Positions 52,701 through 62,786 are shown, numbered from the stretch's first letter. The stretch is 64,000 nt of DNA from an uncultured Alistipes sp. (GCA_947364365.1 CANASP010000011.1:7354-71353); one strand, 5' to 3'. Notes: a model not told the origin generated them from the letters alone. Program-made: numbers and translations.

Positions 52701-52716
52701 ATTTCGGGTTTTCGGT

Positions 52717-53328
52717 TTATTCTATGCTGTCGACGGTGAAGAAAATCGCGACGGGACTCTGCCGGGGCACGACCGAGAAGTCGTCGTCGCCGTAGGCCGC
52801 GTCGTAGGTCATGTAAGCCTCCACCTCGTCGCCCTCGCGACATCCGAGTAACGCGAGGCGCAGCCCTTTTAGTATGTCGCCGCGCCCCATTTCGATCCGC
52901 CGCGGCTCGAAACTCCAGTAGGAGGGGTCGAAACCCTCCAGCGCGAGCAGGGCGTCGCGCAGCAACGGGTCGTTGGTATAATAAGGCATCGTGACGCTTT
53001 GTCCCGCCGTGACGATGTTGGCATACGAGAAGACATAGGCGCGGAAGGTGATCGCAACGGTCGATGTCTCCTCCACCGCGCGCCGCGACGGACGCTCGGG
53101 ATCGTAAAGGTTGGCAACGTAGCGGTAGACCGAGTTGTCGACGACCGAGAAACAGGGCAGCCGGTCCTCGTCGTCCGTCTCGTCCTCGCGGACCAGGCGC
53201 GGCGCATGGGTCGAGCGCAGGTAGTTCTCGATACGGCTCCGCTGATCGGGCAGCACCTCCTCCTCGTCGGAGCAGCCTCCCGCCGCGAGCGCCCCGAGGA
53301 GCGCCAGGCATGCGAACAATCGTTTCAT
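52717..53328 (-). CDS. FKBP-type PPIase-like lipoprotein
   Basis: Lipobox AGGC; ILKGLRLAL..CREGD..YMTYDAAYG...VPRQSPV. Confidence 0.75.
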   Translation of the reverse strand: MKRLFACLALLGALAAGGCSDEEEVLPDQRSRIENYLRSTHAPRLVREDETDDEDRLPCFSVVDNSVYRYVANLYDPERPSRRAVEETSTVAITFRAYVFSYANIVTAGQSVTMPYYTNDPLLRDALLALEGFDPSYWSFEPRRIEMGRGDILKGLRLALLGCREGDEVEAYMTYDAAYGDDDFSVVPRQSPVAIFFTVDSIE

Positions 53329-53383
53329 CGGCAACATATCGTACAAAGATAGGACAAATTTCGTTTCGCTCCAATTTTTGGCG

Positions 53384-53968
53384 TCACAACATCTTCAGCG
53401 CCAGCCGCACGATCTGCTCGACGGCGGCGTCGGGCTGCTGCCGCACGATCTGCCGCACGGCCTTCTCGGCAGGCCCCTTGGCGAAGCCCAGCATCGTCAG
53501 CGCGGCGATCGCCTCCTCCGTATCGCCCGCCGAAGCCGCCGCCGAAGCGCCTCCCTCCAGATCGTCGGAGAGGGCCAGTTTGCCGCTCAGCTCCACGATG
53601 ATCTTCTGCGCCGTCTTGAGCCCCAGCCCCTTGACGTTCTTGAGCAGCACGGCGTTGCCCGCCGCGATGATCCCCTGCAACTCGCGCGGCGAGTAGGTCG
53701 ACAGGATCGTCCGGGCCGTATTGCCGCCCACGCCCGACACGCCGATCAGCAGGCGGAAGAGCTCGCGCTCGGCCTTCGTCGCGAAGCCGTAGAGCAGCTG
53801 CGCGTCGTCGCGCACGACGTGGTGCACGTAGAGTTTCGTCTCGGCGGCGTGCTCGACGGCCCCGAAGGTTTCGAGCGAGACGTGGAGATAGTACCCCACC
53901 CCGCCCGCATCGACGACGACATGGGTCGGCGCCGCTTCGGCCACCTTACCGCTTATATATTCATACAT
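53384..53968 (-). CDS. ruvA: Holliday junction branch migration protein RuvA
   Basis: GVGY, LYGF, VSGVG, VKGLGLKTAQKIIVEL and AL..LGF. Confidence 0.96.
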   Translation of the reverse strand: MYEYISGKVAEAAPTHVVVDAGGVGYYLHVSLETFGAVEHAAETKLYVHHVVRDDAQLLYGFATKAERELFRLLIGVSGVGGNTARTILSTYSPRELQGIIAAGNAVLLKNVKGLGLKTAQKIIVELSGKLALSDDLEGGASAAASAGDTEEAIAALTMLGFAKGPAEKAVRQIVRQQPDAAVEQIVRLALKML

Positions 53969-53997
53969 GATCCGTTCGTTTTTTCGCGAAAGCAGGG

Positions 53998-54025
53998 CAA
54001 AAATAAAGATTTTTTTCTATCTTTG
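53998..54025. promoter_or_regulatory. back-to-back divergent -7 boxes for ruvA and the OmpH-like gene
   Basis: CAAAAATA 53998-54005 (TATTTTTG on -) and TATCTTTG 54018-54025 (+). Confidence 0.6.
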
Positions 54026-54067
54026 TCGATCATAATTGGAATTATAAACCAAAACGCATATCCGAAC

Positions 54068-54640
54068 ATGAAGAAGATGTTATTTTCGGCACTGGCCGCG
54101 GCTCTGGTTCTGACCGCCTGCGGACCCAAGCAGAACGCCACGGAGGCCCAGGCCGAAGAGGCAACGCGCGAGCTCGGCGCCTCCGACATCGCCATCGTAT
54201 CGCCCGAGGCCGTGCTGGCCCAGAGCGAGCTCTACAAGAACGAGGGTGCCGCCCTCCAGGAGAAGACCCAGAAGGCACAGAAGAGCTGGGCGCAGCGCGA
54301 GCAGAATCTCCAGGCCGAAGCCGCCCAGTTGCAGGAGAAATACCAGAAAGGGCTGATCACCACTAGCGACGCCCAGGCCAAGCAGAAGCAGATCGAGCAG
54401 CGCGCCACCTCGTTCCAGAACTCTGCCCAGAAGGAGGCCCAGGCACTCGACGAGGAGAACTTCGTATTCACCAACCGCGCACAGGACCTGCTGCGCCGCG
54501 CCATCGAGCAGGTCAACTCCGACAAGCGCTACAAGCTCATCATCAACGCTTCGGCACTGATCGACGCCGACTCGACGCTCGACATCAGCACCGCCGTGCT
54601 GGAGAAGGTCAACGAGCTCTACGCCGCCGAGAAGAAATAG
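54068..54640 (+). CDS. OmpH/Skp-like chaperone with lipoprotein signal
   Basis: LTAC lipobox, Gln-rich coiled coil and Y.LII...DIS.AVL..VN C-terminus. Start at ATG 54068. Confidence 0.8.
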   Translation: MKKMLFSALAAALVLTACGPKQNATEAQAEEATRELGASDIAIVSPEAVLAQSELYKNEGAALQEKTQKAQKSWAQREQNLQAEAAQLQEKYQKGLITTSDAQAKQKQIEQRATSFQNSAQKEAQALDEENFVFTNRAQDLLRRAIEQVNSDKRYKLIINASALIDADSTLDISTAVLEKVNELYAAEKK

Positions 54641-54667
54641 CGAAAAAGGGTCCCGCCCGACAATACG

Positions 54668-54700
54668 ACGACCGTCCTTTGGAAAAGGGCGGTCGTTTTT
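54668..54700 (+). terminator. intrinsic terminator
   Basis: ACGACCGTCCTTT...AAAGGGCGGTCGT followed by TTTT. Confidence 0.75.
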
Positions 54701-54714
54701 GTGCGGCACGAAGG

Positions 54715-55163
54715 GCAGTCACCGCGGGCGGAGGGCCGCTCTGTTCGCGTAGGTACACGCACTCCGCCGGCTGCGGACTGAAGTCATTTTATCTGCGCAT
54801 CAATCCGCAGCAGATTTTTGCCCTTTCTTCTAAAGAAAGGGCTCAAAAACCTGCGCACGCAGAAAATGGCGGGACGCAGCCTCCGGCGGCGAAGGCCCGC
54901 AACTTCGCTCGTTGCTCGTGCGCCCTTCGCAGGCTACGGTCCCAATTTAGCGACAACCCGGCGGCCTTTCAGGCCGGCAGCCCGCAGCCACCCCGGGCGG
55001 AGGGCTGCTCTCCCGGCTGACGCCTTCCGAGCGCCTCCGCTGGCTGCGAGCTGCTTTTTCCCTCGCAAAGTTCAGCTCTTCGGAACCGTGCGGGACGCCG
55101 CCTGCCAAGACCGCATACGCGCCAAGAGTTGGGGGCCTCCGCGCCCGGGAGGCTGCGGCCCGG
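54715..55163 (+). repeat. mosaic of the GC-rich multi-hairpin repeat: 3' half (54715-54780), full copy B (54867-55053), inverted 5' block (55131-55163)
   Basis: Shared blocks gcagcctccggcggcgaaggcccgc, ccttcgc, ggcct..aggcc, gggcggaggg and ctccgccggctgcg. Confidence 0.75.
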
Positions 55164-55272
55164 CGCTCTTCGGACATGTCGAAGCGACGAGTCGGCCGGA
55201 GCGAAGTGCGACGAAGCGGATCGCGCCCCGGGACAGCCCGAAGCGCGATCGAACCGTTCGCCCGGCCGGGCC

Positions 55273-57312
55273 TCAACGCTTGCGGAGGAAGACCGTCGCC
55301 GTGCGCGAGGTGTTGTAGATGCGGATGCGCGGCCAGCGCTTGCCGTCGTCGCCCTCGACGTCGAACGAGAAGTGTTCGGCGTCCATCGCCTGACGCTCCT
55401 GACCGCCGAAACGCCGCTCGTCGGTCGAGAGGATCGGCACGTACTTGCCCGCGGCGGGCACCGGCAGCTCGTAGTCGGGGATCGAGGCCGTGGGGTGCCA
55501 GTTGAAGACGAAGAGCAGCCGCCCGTGCGAGAAGACCATCGTCTTGTTATGCTCGTCCATCAGCTGGTTCCAGGCATAGCCGTCGGCGAGCACCTTGTAT
55601 TTCTTCACGAGACGGATCATCGCCCGGTCGAAGTCGCCCAGCCACGAATAGCGCAGAAAGCCGTTGGAGGCCAGCGACCACTGGCGCCGCGCATGGGCGT
55701 AGCTCCAGCCGTTGCCCTCGCGCGGGAAGTCGATCCACTCGGGGTGGCCGAACTCGTTGCCCATGAAGTTGAGGTAGGCCTGGCCGCCCGTGGAGATCGT
55801 CATGAGGCGGATCATCTTGTGGAGCGCCATGCCGCGGTCGATCACGAGGTTCTCCGACGCGCGGTCCATATGGAAATACATCTCCTTGTCCATCAACCGG
55901 AAGGCGAGGGTCTTGTCGCCCACCAGCGCCTGGTCGTGCGACTCGGCGTAGGCCACGGTCTTCACGGCCGGCAGGCGGTCGGTCATCACCGACCACATCT
56001 CCCAGATGTTCCACTCCTCGTCGGGCACCTCCTTGAGGTACTTGATCCAGAAGTCGGGGATCGCCATGCCCAGACGGTAGTCGAAGCCGATGCCGCCGTC
56101 GGCGATGGGGATGCACATGCCGGGCATGCCGCTCACGTCCTCGGCGATGGTGACGGCTGCCGGACGGAAATCGTGGACGAGGCGGTTGGCCAGCGCCAGG
56201 TAGGTCAGCGCCTCCTCGTTGACCCCGCCGTCGAAGAACTTCTCGCGGGCGTCGAAGTCGACGTAGCCGTGGTGGTGGTAGATCATCGAGGTCACCCCGT
56301 CGAAGCGGAAGCCGTCGAAATGGAACTCGTCGAGCCAGTACTTGACGTTGGAGAGCAGGAAGTGCTGCACCTCGCGCTTGCCGTAGTCGAAGAGCTTCGA
56401 ATCCCAGTAGGGCTGGTAACCCGCCTCGCCGGGCAGCGAATAGAGGCGGTCGGTGCCGTCGAGCTCGTTGATCCCCTCGTTGAGGTTCTTGACGTAGTGG
56501 GCGTGGACGAGGTCCATGATGACGGCCAGCCCCAGTTCGTGGGCCCGGCGGACGAGCTCCTTCAACTCCTCGGGCGTGCCGCAGCGCGACGAGGGGGCGA
56601 AGAAGCTCGACACGTGGTAGCCGAACGACCCGTAGTAGGGATGCTCGGCGATGGCCATGAGCTGCACGGCGTTGTAACCGGCCTTCTTTATAATGGGGAG
56701 AATCCGTTCGGTGAATTCGCGGTAGGTGCCGACCCCCTCCTTCTCCTGCGCCATGCCCACGTGGGCCTCGTAGATCAAAAGACTGCCGTTCGCGCGGGCG
56801 TCGAACGCGTCGCCGCGCCAGTCGAAGGGCTCGGCCGGCGCCCAGAACTGGGCCGTGTAGTCCTTCGTCTCGTCGTCCTGCACCACACGCGCGGCATAGG
56901 CCGGGATGCGGTCGCGCCAGCCGTTGTCGCCGTGGACGTGGAGCTTGTAGAGCGACCCGTGCGTGAGCCGGTCGCGGTACATCGCCGCGGGGAAGAAGGC
57001 GCTCCAGACACCCGTCGCCGGATCCTTGCGCATGCGCAGCTCGGTGCGCTGCCAGTTGTTGAAATCGCCGAAGACATAGACGTCGTGGGCGCCGGGCAGC
57101 CACTCGCGCAGCCACCAGCCGTCGAGCGTCTCGTCCCACTGCCAGCCGAAGTAGCGGTAGCCGTTGGCATAGTCGACCAGCGAACCGGCCGACCGTTCGA
57201 TATCGGAGAGGCGCCGCAGGTAATTATCGTGACGACGGTTCATTTCGGCTTCGACGGGACGGAGCCACTCGTCCTGTGCGACGATCGGCAGACGGGGTGC
57301 GGTTGTTTTCAT
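55273..57312 (-). CDS. glgB: 1,4-alpha-glucan branching enzyme (GH13)
   Basis: IYEAHVG, EHPYYGSFGYHV, DGFRFDGVTSM, AESHDQALVGDK and LNFMGNEFGHPEWIDFPR. Confidence 0.95.
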   Translation of the reverse strand: MKTTAPRLPIVAQDEWLRPVEAEMNRRHDNYLRRLSDIERSAGSLVDYANGYRYFGWQWDETLDGWWLREWLPGAHDVYVFGDFNNWQRTELRMRKDPATGVWSAFFPAAMYRDRLTHGSLYKLHVHGDNGWRDRIPAYAARVVQDDETKDYTAQFWAPAEPFDWRGDAFDARANGSLLIYEAHVGMAQEKEGVGTYREFTERILPIIKKAGYNAVQLMAIAEHPYYGSFGYHVSSFFAPSSRCGTPEELKELVRRAHELGLAVIMDLVHAHYVKNLNEGINELDGTDRLYSLPGEAGYQPYWDSKLFDYGKREVQHFLLSNVKYWLDEFHFDGFRFDGVTSMIYHHHGYVDFDAREKFFDGGVNEEALTYLALANRLVHDFRPAAVTIAEDVSGMPGMCIPIADGGIGFDYRLGMAIPDFWIKYLKEVPDEEWNIWEMWSVMTDRLPAVKTVAYAESHDQALVGDKTLAFRLMDKEMYFHMDRASENLVIDRGMALHKMIRLMTISTGGQAYLNFMGNEFGHPEWIDFPREGNGWSYAHARRQWSLASNGFLRYSWLGDFDRAMIRLVKKYKVLADGYAWNQLMDEHNKTMVFSHGRLLFVFNWHPTASIPDYELPVPAAGKYVPILSTDERRFGGQERQAMDAEHFSFDVEGDDGKRWPRIRIYNTSRTATVFLRKR

Positions 57313-57463
57313 GGCGGAAAGGTTAGTCTAACAAATATAGACAATAAAAACGAAGAATCGCAGCACCTCCCGCCGATTTCGACATTTATGTGCGAAAAGG
57401 CGGGATTATCGGATTTTTTGACTATCTTTGGCAAGATTAAACATTTCCGAAAACCTATCTACT

Positions 57464-59140
57464 ATGTTCAAAGGACAACCCAAGGGTCTCTACGCCCTTT
57501 CGCTGGCCAACACGGGCGAGCGTTTCGGGTACTACACCATGCTCGCCATCTTCACGCTGTTTCTGCAGGCGAAGTTCGGCTACACGGAAGCGGTGACGAC
57601 CCAGATTTACGGCATCTTCCTCGCCGCGGTCTATTTCATGCCCTTCTTCGGCGGCATTCTGGCCGACAAGTTCGGCTTCGGCAAGATGGTCTCGCTGGGC
57701 ATCTTCGTGATGTTCGGCGGCTACGCGCTGCTCTCGATCCCCACGGGCACGGGCTTCGCGGGGCAGGCGCTCATGTTCGGCGCCCTGGCGCTGATCGCCT
57801 GCGGCACGGGCCTCTTCAAGGGCAACCTCCAGGTGCTGGTCGGTAACCTCTACGACGATCCGGCCTACGCCGCCAAGCGCGACAACGCCTTCTCGATCTT
57901 CTACATGGCGATCAACATCGGCGCGATGTTCGCCCCGGGCATGGCCAAGCGGATCACCAACCATTTCCTGGCGCAGGACGGCCTGACCTACAACGGACAG
58001 ATCCCGGCCCTCGCGCACCAGTACATGGAGCTGGGCGACAAGATGCCGGCCGAGCCGCTGGCCAAGTTGCAGGAGCTGGCGACGGCCGCCGGAGGCAACG
58101 CCGCCGACCTGGGCGCCTTCTCGCAGCACTACGTGGAGAAGCTCTCCGAGGCCTACAACATGGGCTTCGGCGTGGCGTGCGTCTCGCTGGTCATCTCCTA
58201 CCTGATCTACGTGGCCTTCCGCAAGACCTTCAAGCACGCCGACGTGACGGCCAAGCAGCAGGCCGCAGCGGGTGCCTCGGCGCAGGCCGAGCTGACGCCG
58301 GCGCAGACCAAGTCGCGCATCACGGCGCTCATGCTGGTCTTCGCCGTGGTGATCTTCTTCTGGATGGCCTTCCACCAGAACGGCTCGACGATGACCTTCT
58401 TCGCCCGCGACTACACGACCCCCGAGGCGACGGGCATCACGCGTATGGGCTTCAACATCTTCAACCTCGTGCTGGTGATCGTGGGCGTCTACGCCGCCTT
58501 CGGGTTCTTCCAGTCGGAGAAGGGCCGCGGCAAGATCGTCAGCGCGGGCCTCTTCGCCGCCGTGGTCGGCGCGCTCTTCTACCAGTGGACGCAGACCCCC
58601 GACCCGATGTCGATCCTCCCGTCGGACTTCCAGCAGTTCAACCCCTTCTACGTGGTAGCCCTGACCCCCTTCTCGGTGGCGATCTTCTCGGCGCTGGCCC
58701 GCAAGGGCAAGGAGCCCTCGGCTCCGCGCAAGATCGGCATGGGCATGATCATCGCCGCGTTCGGCTTCCTGATCCTCACCGTCGGATCGTTCGGCCTGAT
58801 GTCGCCCGTGGAGGTGAAGGCCGCCGGTGCGAGCGACATGTTCGTATCGCAGAACTGGCTGATCTCGACCTACCTGGTGCTGACGTTCGCCGAGCTGCTG
58901 CTCTCGCCCATGGGCATCTCGTTCGTATCGAAGGTGGCTCCCCCGAAATACAAGGGCATGATGATGGGCTGCTGGTTCGCCGCGACGGCCATCGGCAACT
59001 ACGCCACCTCGCTCATCGGCTACCTGTGGGGCAGCGGCATGGCCCTCTGGATGGTATGGGGCGTGCTGATCGTCCTCTGCCTGCTCTCGGCCCTCTTCAT
59101 CTTCTCGATCATGAAGAAACTGGAGAACGCGACGGCTTAA
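57464..59140 (+). CDS. POT/PTR family di/tripeptide transporter
   Basis: ERFGYY, FYMAINIG and ELLLSPMG; TATCTTTG -7 box at 57423-57430. Confidence 0.92.
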   Translation: MFKGQPKGLYALSLANTGERFGYYTMLAIFTLFLQAKFGYTEAVTTQIYGIFLAAVYFMPFFGGILADKFGFGKMVSLGIFVMFGGYALLSIPTGTGFAGQALMFGALALIACGTGLFKGNLQVLVGNLYDDPAYAAKRDNAFSIFYMAINIGAMFAPGMAKRITNHFLAQDGLTYNGQIPALAHQYMELGDKMPAEPLAKLQELATAAGGNAADLGAFSQHYVEKLSEAYNMGFGVACVSLVISYLIYVAFRKTFKHADVTAKQQAAAGASAQAELTPAQTKSRITALMLVFAVVIFFWMAFHQNGSTMTFFARDYTTPEATGITRMGFNIFNLVLVIVGVYAAFGFFQSEKGRGKIVSAGLFAAVVGALFYQWTQTPDPMSILPSDFQQFNPFYVVALTPFSVAIFSALARKGKEPSAPRKIGMGMIIAAFGFLILTVGSFGLMSPVEVKAAGASDMFVSQNWLISTYLVLTFAELLLSPMGISFVSKVAPPKYKGMMMGCWFAATAIGNYATSLIGYLWGSGMALWMVWGVLIVLCLLSALFIFSIMKKLENATA

Positions 59141-59165
59141 GCGGGCGTTTCCCGCTCACGGAAAA

Positions 59166-59203
59166 GACAGCGCAGACGGATATCCGTCTGCGCTGTTTCG
59201 TTT
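59166..59203 (+). terminator. intrinsic terminator
   Basis: ACAGCGCAGACGG-atat-CCGTCTGCGCTGT followed by TTCGTTT. Confidence 0.75.
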
Positions 59204-59280
59204 CGGACGATTTCCGATTCTCGATTTTTTCGATTACCTTTAGCCGGAAAAATATCATCATCTAACAATTCCATCAAACG

Positions 59281-62200
59281 ATGAACACGATCAAAAGACT
59301 CTTATTGGGTGCGCTTCTGCTGCTGTGCGGAAGCCTCGCCGCGCAGGAGACGCCGCTGTGGACGCGTTATCCGGCCATCTCGCCCGACGGCAGCAAGATC
59401 GCCTTCTGCTACCGCGGCGACATCTTCGTCGTCGACGCCGCGGGCGGCCGTGCCGTGCAGCTCACCACCCACGCGGCCTACGACGGCCACCCCGTCTGGT
59501 CGCCCGACGGAAAGACCATCGCCTTCGTCTCGGCGCGCGACAAGGGGATGGACCTCTTCACGGTGCCCGTCACGGGCGGCACGCCCACCCGGCTGACCCA
59601 CCTCTCGGGCGGAGCAGCCACCCCCGAGTGCTTCACCCCCGACGGGAAGCGGATCCTCTTCCGCGCCTCGATCATGCCCGACCGCGCCTACGGCCAGTTC
59701 CCCTTCGCCGGGCAGGTCTACAGCATCCCGGTCGAGGGCGGACGTCCGGAGCTGTTCCTCTCGTTCGAGGCCTACAACATCGCCTTCGACAAGTCGGGCG
59801 AGCGGATCGTCTACCACGACAAGAAGGGCTACGAGGACGAATGGCGCAAGCACCACACCTCGTCGATCTGCCGCGACATCTGGCTCCACGACCTGAAGAA
59901 GGGCACCTTCGCCAACCTCACCGACAAGCAGGTCGAGGACCGCTACCCGGTGCTCTCGTCCGACGACCGGACGGTCTACTTCGTCAGCGAGCGCTTCGGC
60001 GACGCCAACGTATGCAGCTTTACGCTCGACACCCCTGGGCGGATCACGCAGCTCACCCGCTTCGAGAAGCACCCCGTGCGCTTCCTCACCCGCTCGAACG
60101 ACGATCGGCTCTGCTTCTTCTACGACGGCGAGATCTACACGATGAAGCCGGGCGCGGAGCCCCGCAAGGTAGCGATCACGGTCGTATCGGACAACCAGGA
60201 GCCCGCCGTCGAGGAGTGGACCCGCTCGGGCGGCGCCCGCGAGGTGGCCGTCTCGCCCGACGGCAAGGAGTTCGCCTTCGTCCTGCGCGGCGACGTCTTC
60301 GTGGCCGACGCCGAGTTCGGCACCACCAAGCGCATCACCAACACCGCGGCGCAGGAGCGCAACGTCGACTTCGCCCCCGACGGCCGCTCGCTGGTCTACG
60401 CCTCGGAGCGCGACGGACAGTGGCACATCTACCTCGCCCGCATCAAGGAGAAGGAGGATCCCTCGTTCGCCTACGCCCGCGAGATCGAGGAGGAGCAGCT
60501 CACCTTCGGCGACAAGGCCACGTTCCAGCCCGCCTTCTCGCCCGACGGAAAAGAGATCGCCTACCTCGAGGAGCGCACGACGATCAAGGCCATGACGCTC
60601 GACAATAAGAAAAGCCGCGTCGTGCTGCCCGGCACCTACAACTATTCGTACAGCGACGGCGACCAGTCGTTCGAGTGGTCGCCCGACGGCAAGTGGATCC
60701 TGGCCGAGTTCTTCGAGGAGGGCGGCTGGCAGCATCCCGACGTCGCGCTGGTGAAGGCCGACGGCAAGGGCGAGATCCACAACCTGACCAACAGCGGCTA
60801 CAGCGACGGCAACGCCCGCTGGGCGCTGGGCGGCAAGGCGATCGTCTGGAGCACCGACCGCGAGGGCATGCGCAGCCACGGCAGCTGGGGCGCCCAGCGC
60901 GACGCCTACGCCCTGTTCCTCGACCCGAAGGCCTACGCCGAGTTCCGCCAGTCGAAGGAGGAGCGCACGCTGGCTGCGAAGATGAAGAGCGACAAGGAGA
61001 AGAAGCGCGAACAGAAGGATTCGGTGAAGACGGCCGACAAGCTGCCCGAACTGGTCTACGACTTCGACGACCTGGAGGAGCGCATGGTGCGCCTGACGAT
61101 CCACTCGTCGAACCTGGGCGACGCCGTGCTGACCCACGACGGGCGCAAGCTCTACTACCTGGCCGCCTTCGAAGGGGGCTACGACCTCTGGGTGCGCGAT
61201 TTCGACGACAACAGCACGCGCCTGCTCTCGAAAATAGGCCGCGGCGGACGCCTCGAGCTCTCGAAGGACGGGCGGACGATCTACCTGCTCTCGGGCGGCC
61301 AGATCCAGACCGTCGACCCCAACAGCGGCCGCACCAAGCCGATGAACTACACGGCCCGCTTCGAGTGGAAGCCCGCCGAGGAGCGCCGCTCGTTGTTCGC
61401 CCACGTATGGCAGCAGGTGCTCGACAAGTTCTACGACAAGGAGTTCAAGGGCGTCGACTGGAACTACTACAAGGGGGCCTACGAACGCTTCCTGCCCTAC
61501 GTCAACAACGACTTCGACTTCGCCGAGGTGCTGGGCGAGATGCTGGGCGAGCTCAACGCCTCGCACACCGGCGCCCGCTACTACGGCAGCTACGGCCGCC
61601 CGGCGACGAGCTCCCTGGGCGCCTTCTACGACAAGAATTACACGGGCGACGGCCTGCGCATCGCCGAGGTGTTGCAGGGCGGTCCGCTCGACACGCCCGA
61701 CACGAAGATCGAGGCGGGCGTCGTCATCCGCAAGATCGACAACCGACCCGTCGAGGCCGGCAAGGACTACTTCCACCTGCTCGACGGCAAGGCCGGACGC
61801 CGCACGCTGCTGACGCTCTACAACCCCAAGTCGAAGAAGGAGTGGGAGGAGTACGTGACGCCGACGTCGCTCGGCGCACAAAACAACCTGCTCTACAAAC
61901 GCTGGGTGAAACGGCGTCAGGAGCTGGTCGACAGCCTCTCCGACAACCAGATCGGCTACATCCACGTGGCGGGCATGAACAGCCCCAGCTTCCGCAAGGC
62001 CTACTCGGAGATCCTGGGCAAGTACCGCAACCGCAAGGCGATCATCGTCGACACGCGCTACAACGGCGGCGGCTGGCTCCACGAGGACCTCGTGCACCTG
62101 CTCAGCGGCAAGCAGTTCGCCGAGTTCGTACCGCGCGGCCAGTTCATCGGCATCGACCCCTTCGCCCAGTGGACCAAACCGTCGGCCGTGCTGGTGAGCG

Positions 62201-62496
62201 AGGGCAACTACAGCAACGCCCACGGCTTCCCCTGGGTCTACAAGGAGCTCAAGCTGGGCAAATTGGTCGGCATGCCCGTGCCGGGCACGATGACCGCCGT
62301 GTGGTGGGAGACGATGATGAACGGCGTGGTGTTCGGCATCCCCGAGGTGGGCATGAAGGACAACGCGGGTCGCATTCTGGAGAACATGCAGCTCGAACCC
62401 GACATCAAGGTCTCGAACGATCCGGCCTCGGCCATCGCGGGCCGCGACCTGCAGCTGGAGGCCGCGGTGAAGAGCCTGCTCGAAGAGACGAAATAA
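59281..62496 (+). CDS. tricorn-like S41 family peptidase
   Basis: Signal peptide, PD40 SPDG repeats, GELNASH, PDZ region, DTRYNGGG and NYSNAH. Confidence 0.92.
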   Translation: MNTIKRLLLGALLLLCGSLAAQETPLWTRYPAISPDGSKIAFCYRGDIFVVDAAGGRAVQLTTHAAYDGHPVWSPDGKTIAFVSARDKGMDLFTVPVTGGTPTRLTHLSGGAATPECFTPDGKRILFRASIMPDRAYGQFPFAGQVYSIPVEGGRPELFLSFEAYNIAFDKSGERIVYHDKKGYEDEWRKHHTSSICRDIWLHDLKKGTFANLTDKQVEDRYPVLSSDDRTVYFVSERFGDANVCSFTLDTPGRITQLTRFEKHPVRFLTRSNDDRLCFFYDGEIYTMKPGAEPRKVAITVVSDNQEPAVEEWTRSGGAREVAVSPDGKEFAFVLRGDVFVADAEFGTTKRITNTAAQERNVDFAPDGRSLVYASERDGQWHIYLARIKEKEDPSFAYAREIEEEQLTFGDKATFQPAFSPDGKEIAYLEERTTIKAMTLDNKKSRVVLPGTYNYSYSDGDQSFEWSPDGKWILAEFFEEGGWQHPDVALVKADGKGEIHNLTNSGYSDGNARWALGGKAIVWSTDREGMRSHGSWGAQRDAYALFLDPKAYAEFRQSKEERTLAAKMKSDKEKKREQKDSVKTADKLPELVYDFDDLEERMVRLTIHSSNLGDAVLTHDGRKLYYLAAFEGGYDLWVRDFDDNSTRLLSKIGRGGRLELSKDGRTIYLLSGGQIQTVDPNSGRTKPMNYTARFEWKPAEERRSLFAHVWQQVLDKFYDKEFKGVDWNYYKGAYERFLPYVNNDFDFAEVLGEMLGELNASHTGARYYGSYGRPATSSLGAFYDKNYTGDGLRIAEVLQGGPLDTPDTKIEAGVVIRKIDNRPVEAGKDYFHLLDGKAGRRTLLTLYNPKSKKEWEEYVTPTSLGAQNNLLYKRWVKRRQELVDSLSDNQIGYIHVAGMNSPSFRKAYSEILGKYRNRKAIIVDTRYNGGGWLHEDLVHLLSGKQFAEFVPRGQFIGIDPFAQWTKPSAVLVSEGNYSNAHGFPWVYKELKLGKLVGMPVPGTMTAVWWETMMNGVVFGIPEVGMKDNAGRILENMQLEPDIKVSNDPASAIAGRDLQLEAAVKSLLEETK

Positions 62497-62534
62497 CGGC
62501 ACCTCCGCCCGGAGCCCCACGGCTCCGACAAACG

Positions 62535-62562
62535 AAAAGACCCGCTTCGGCGGGTCTTTTTT
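62535..62562 (+). terminator. intrinsic terminator
   Basis: AAAAGACCCGC-TTCG-GCGGGTCTTTTTT. Confidence 0.88.
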
Positions 62563-62579
62563 CGTCGTATCGTGTCTGG

Positions 62580-62734
62580 CGGCCCGCAGCACGGCGGAGG
62601 TCGTCTTTCGGGCGGCAGCGGGAGGACGCCCCTCCGCACAAAGGATCGGATCCGCGGCGTGCTGCGATGTCGTTCGGCCCGCAGCGCGGCGGAGGACGTC
62701 TTTCGGGCGGCAGCGGGAGGACGCCCCTCCGCAC
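62580..62734. repeat. two 60-bp direct repeats (58/60 identical) separated by 35 bp
   Basis: 62580-62639 and 62675-62734: cggcccgcagc(a/g)cggcggagg(t/a)cgtctttcgggcggcagcgggaggacgcccctccgcac. Confidence 0.85.
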
Positions 62735-62786
62735 CGGGTGGCTTCAGGCGGTCCTTCCCTTGCAAATTACGGCTCCTCGGGAGCCG

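Noticed and set aside
62580-62734. possible mini-CRISPR (repeat, 35-bp spacer, repeat)
   Set aside because: Only two repeats, 60 bp long, related to the local GC-rich repeat family; no cas genes or AT-rich leader.
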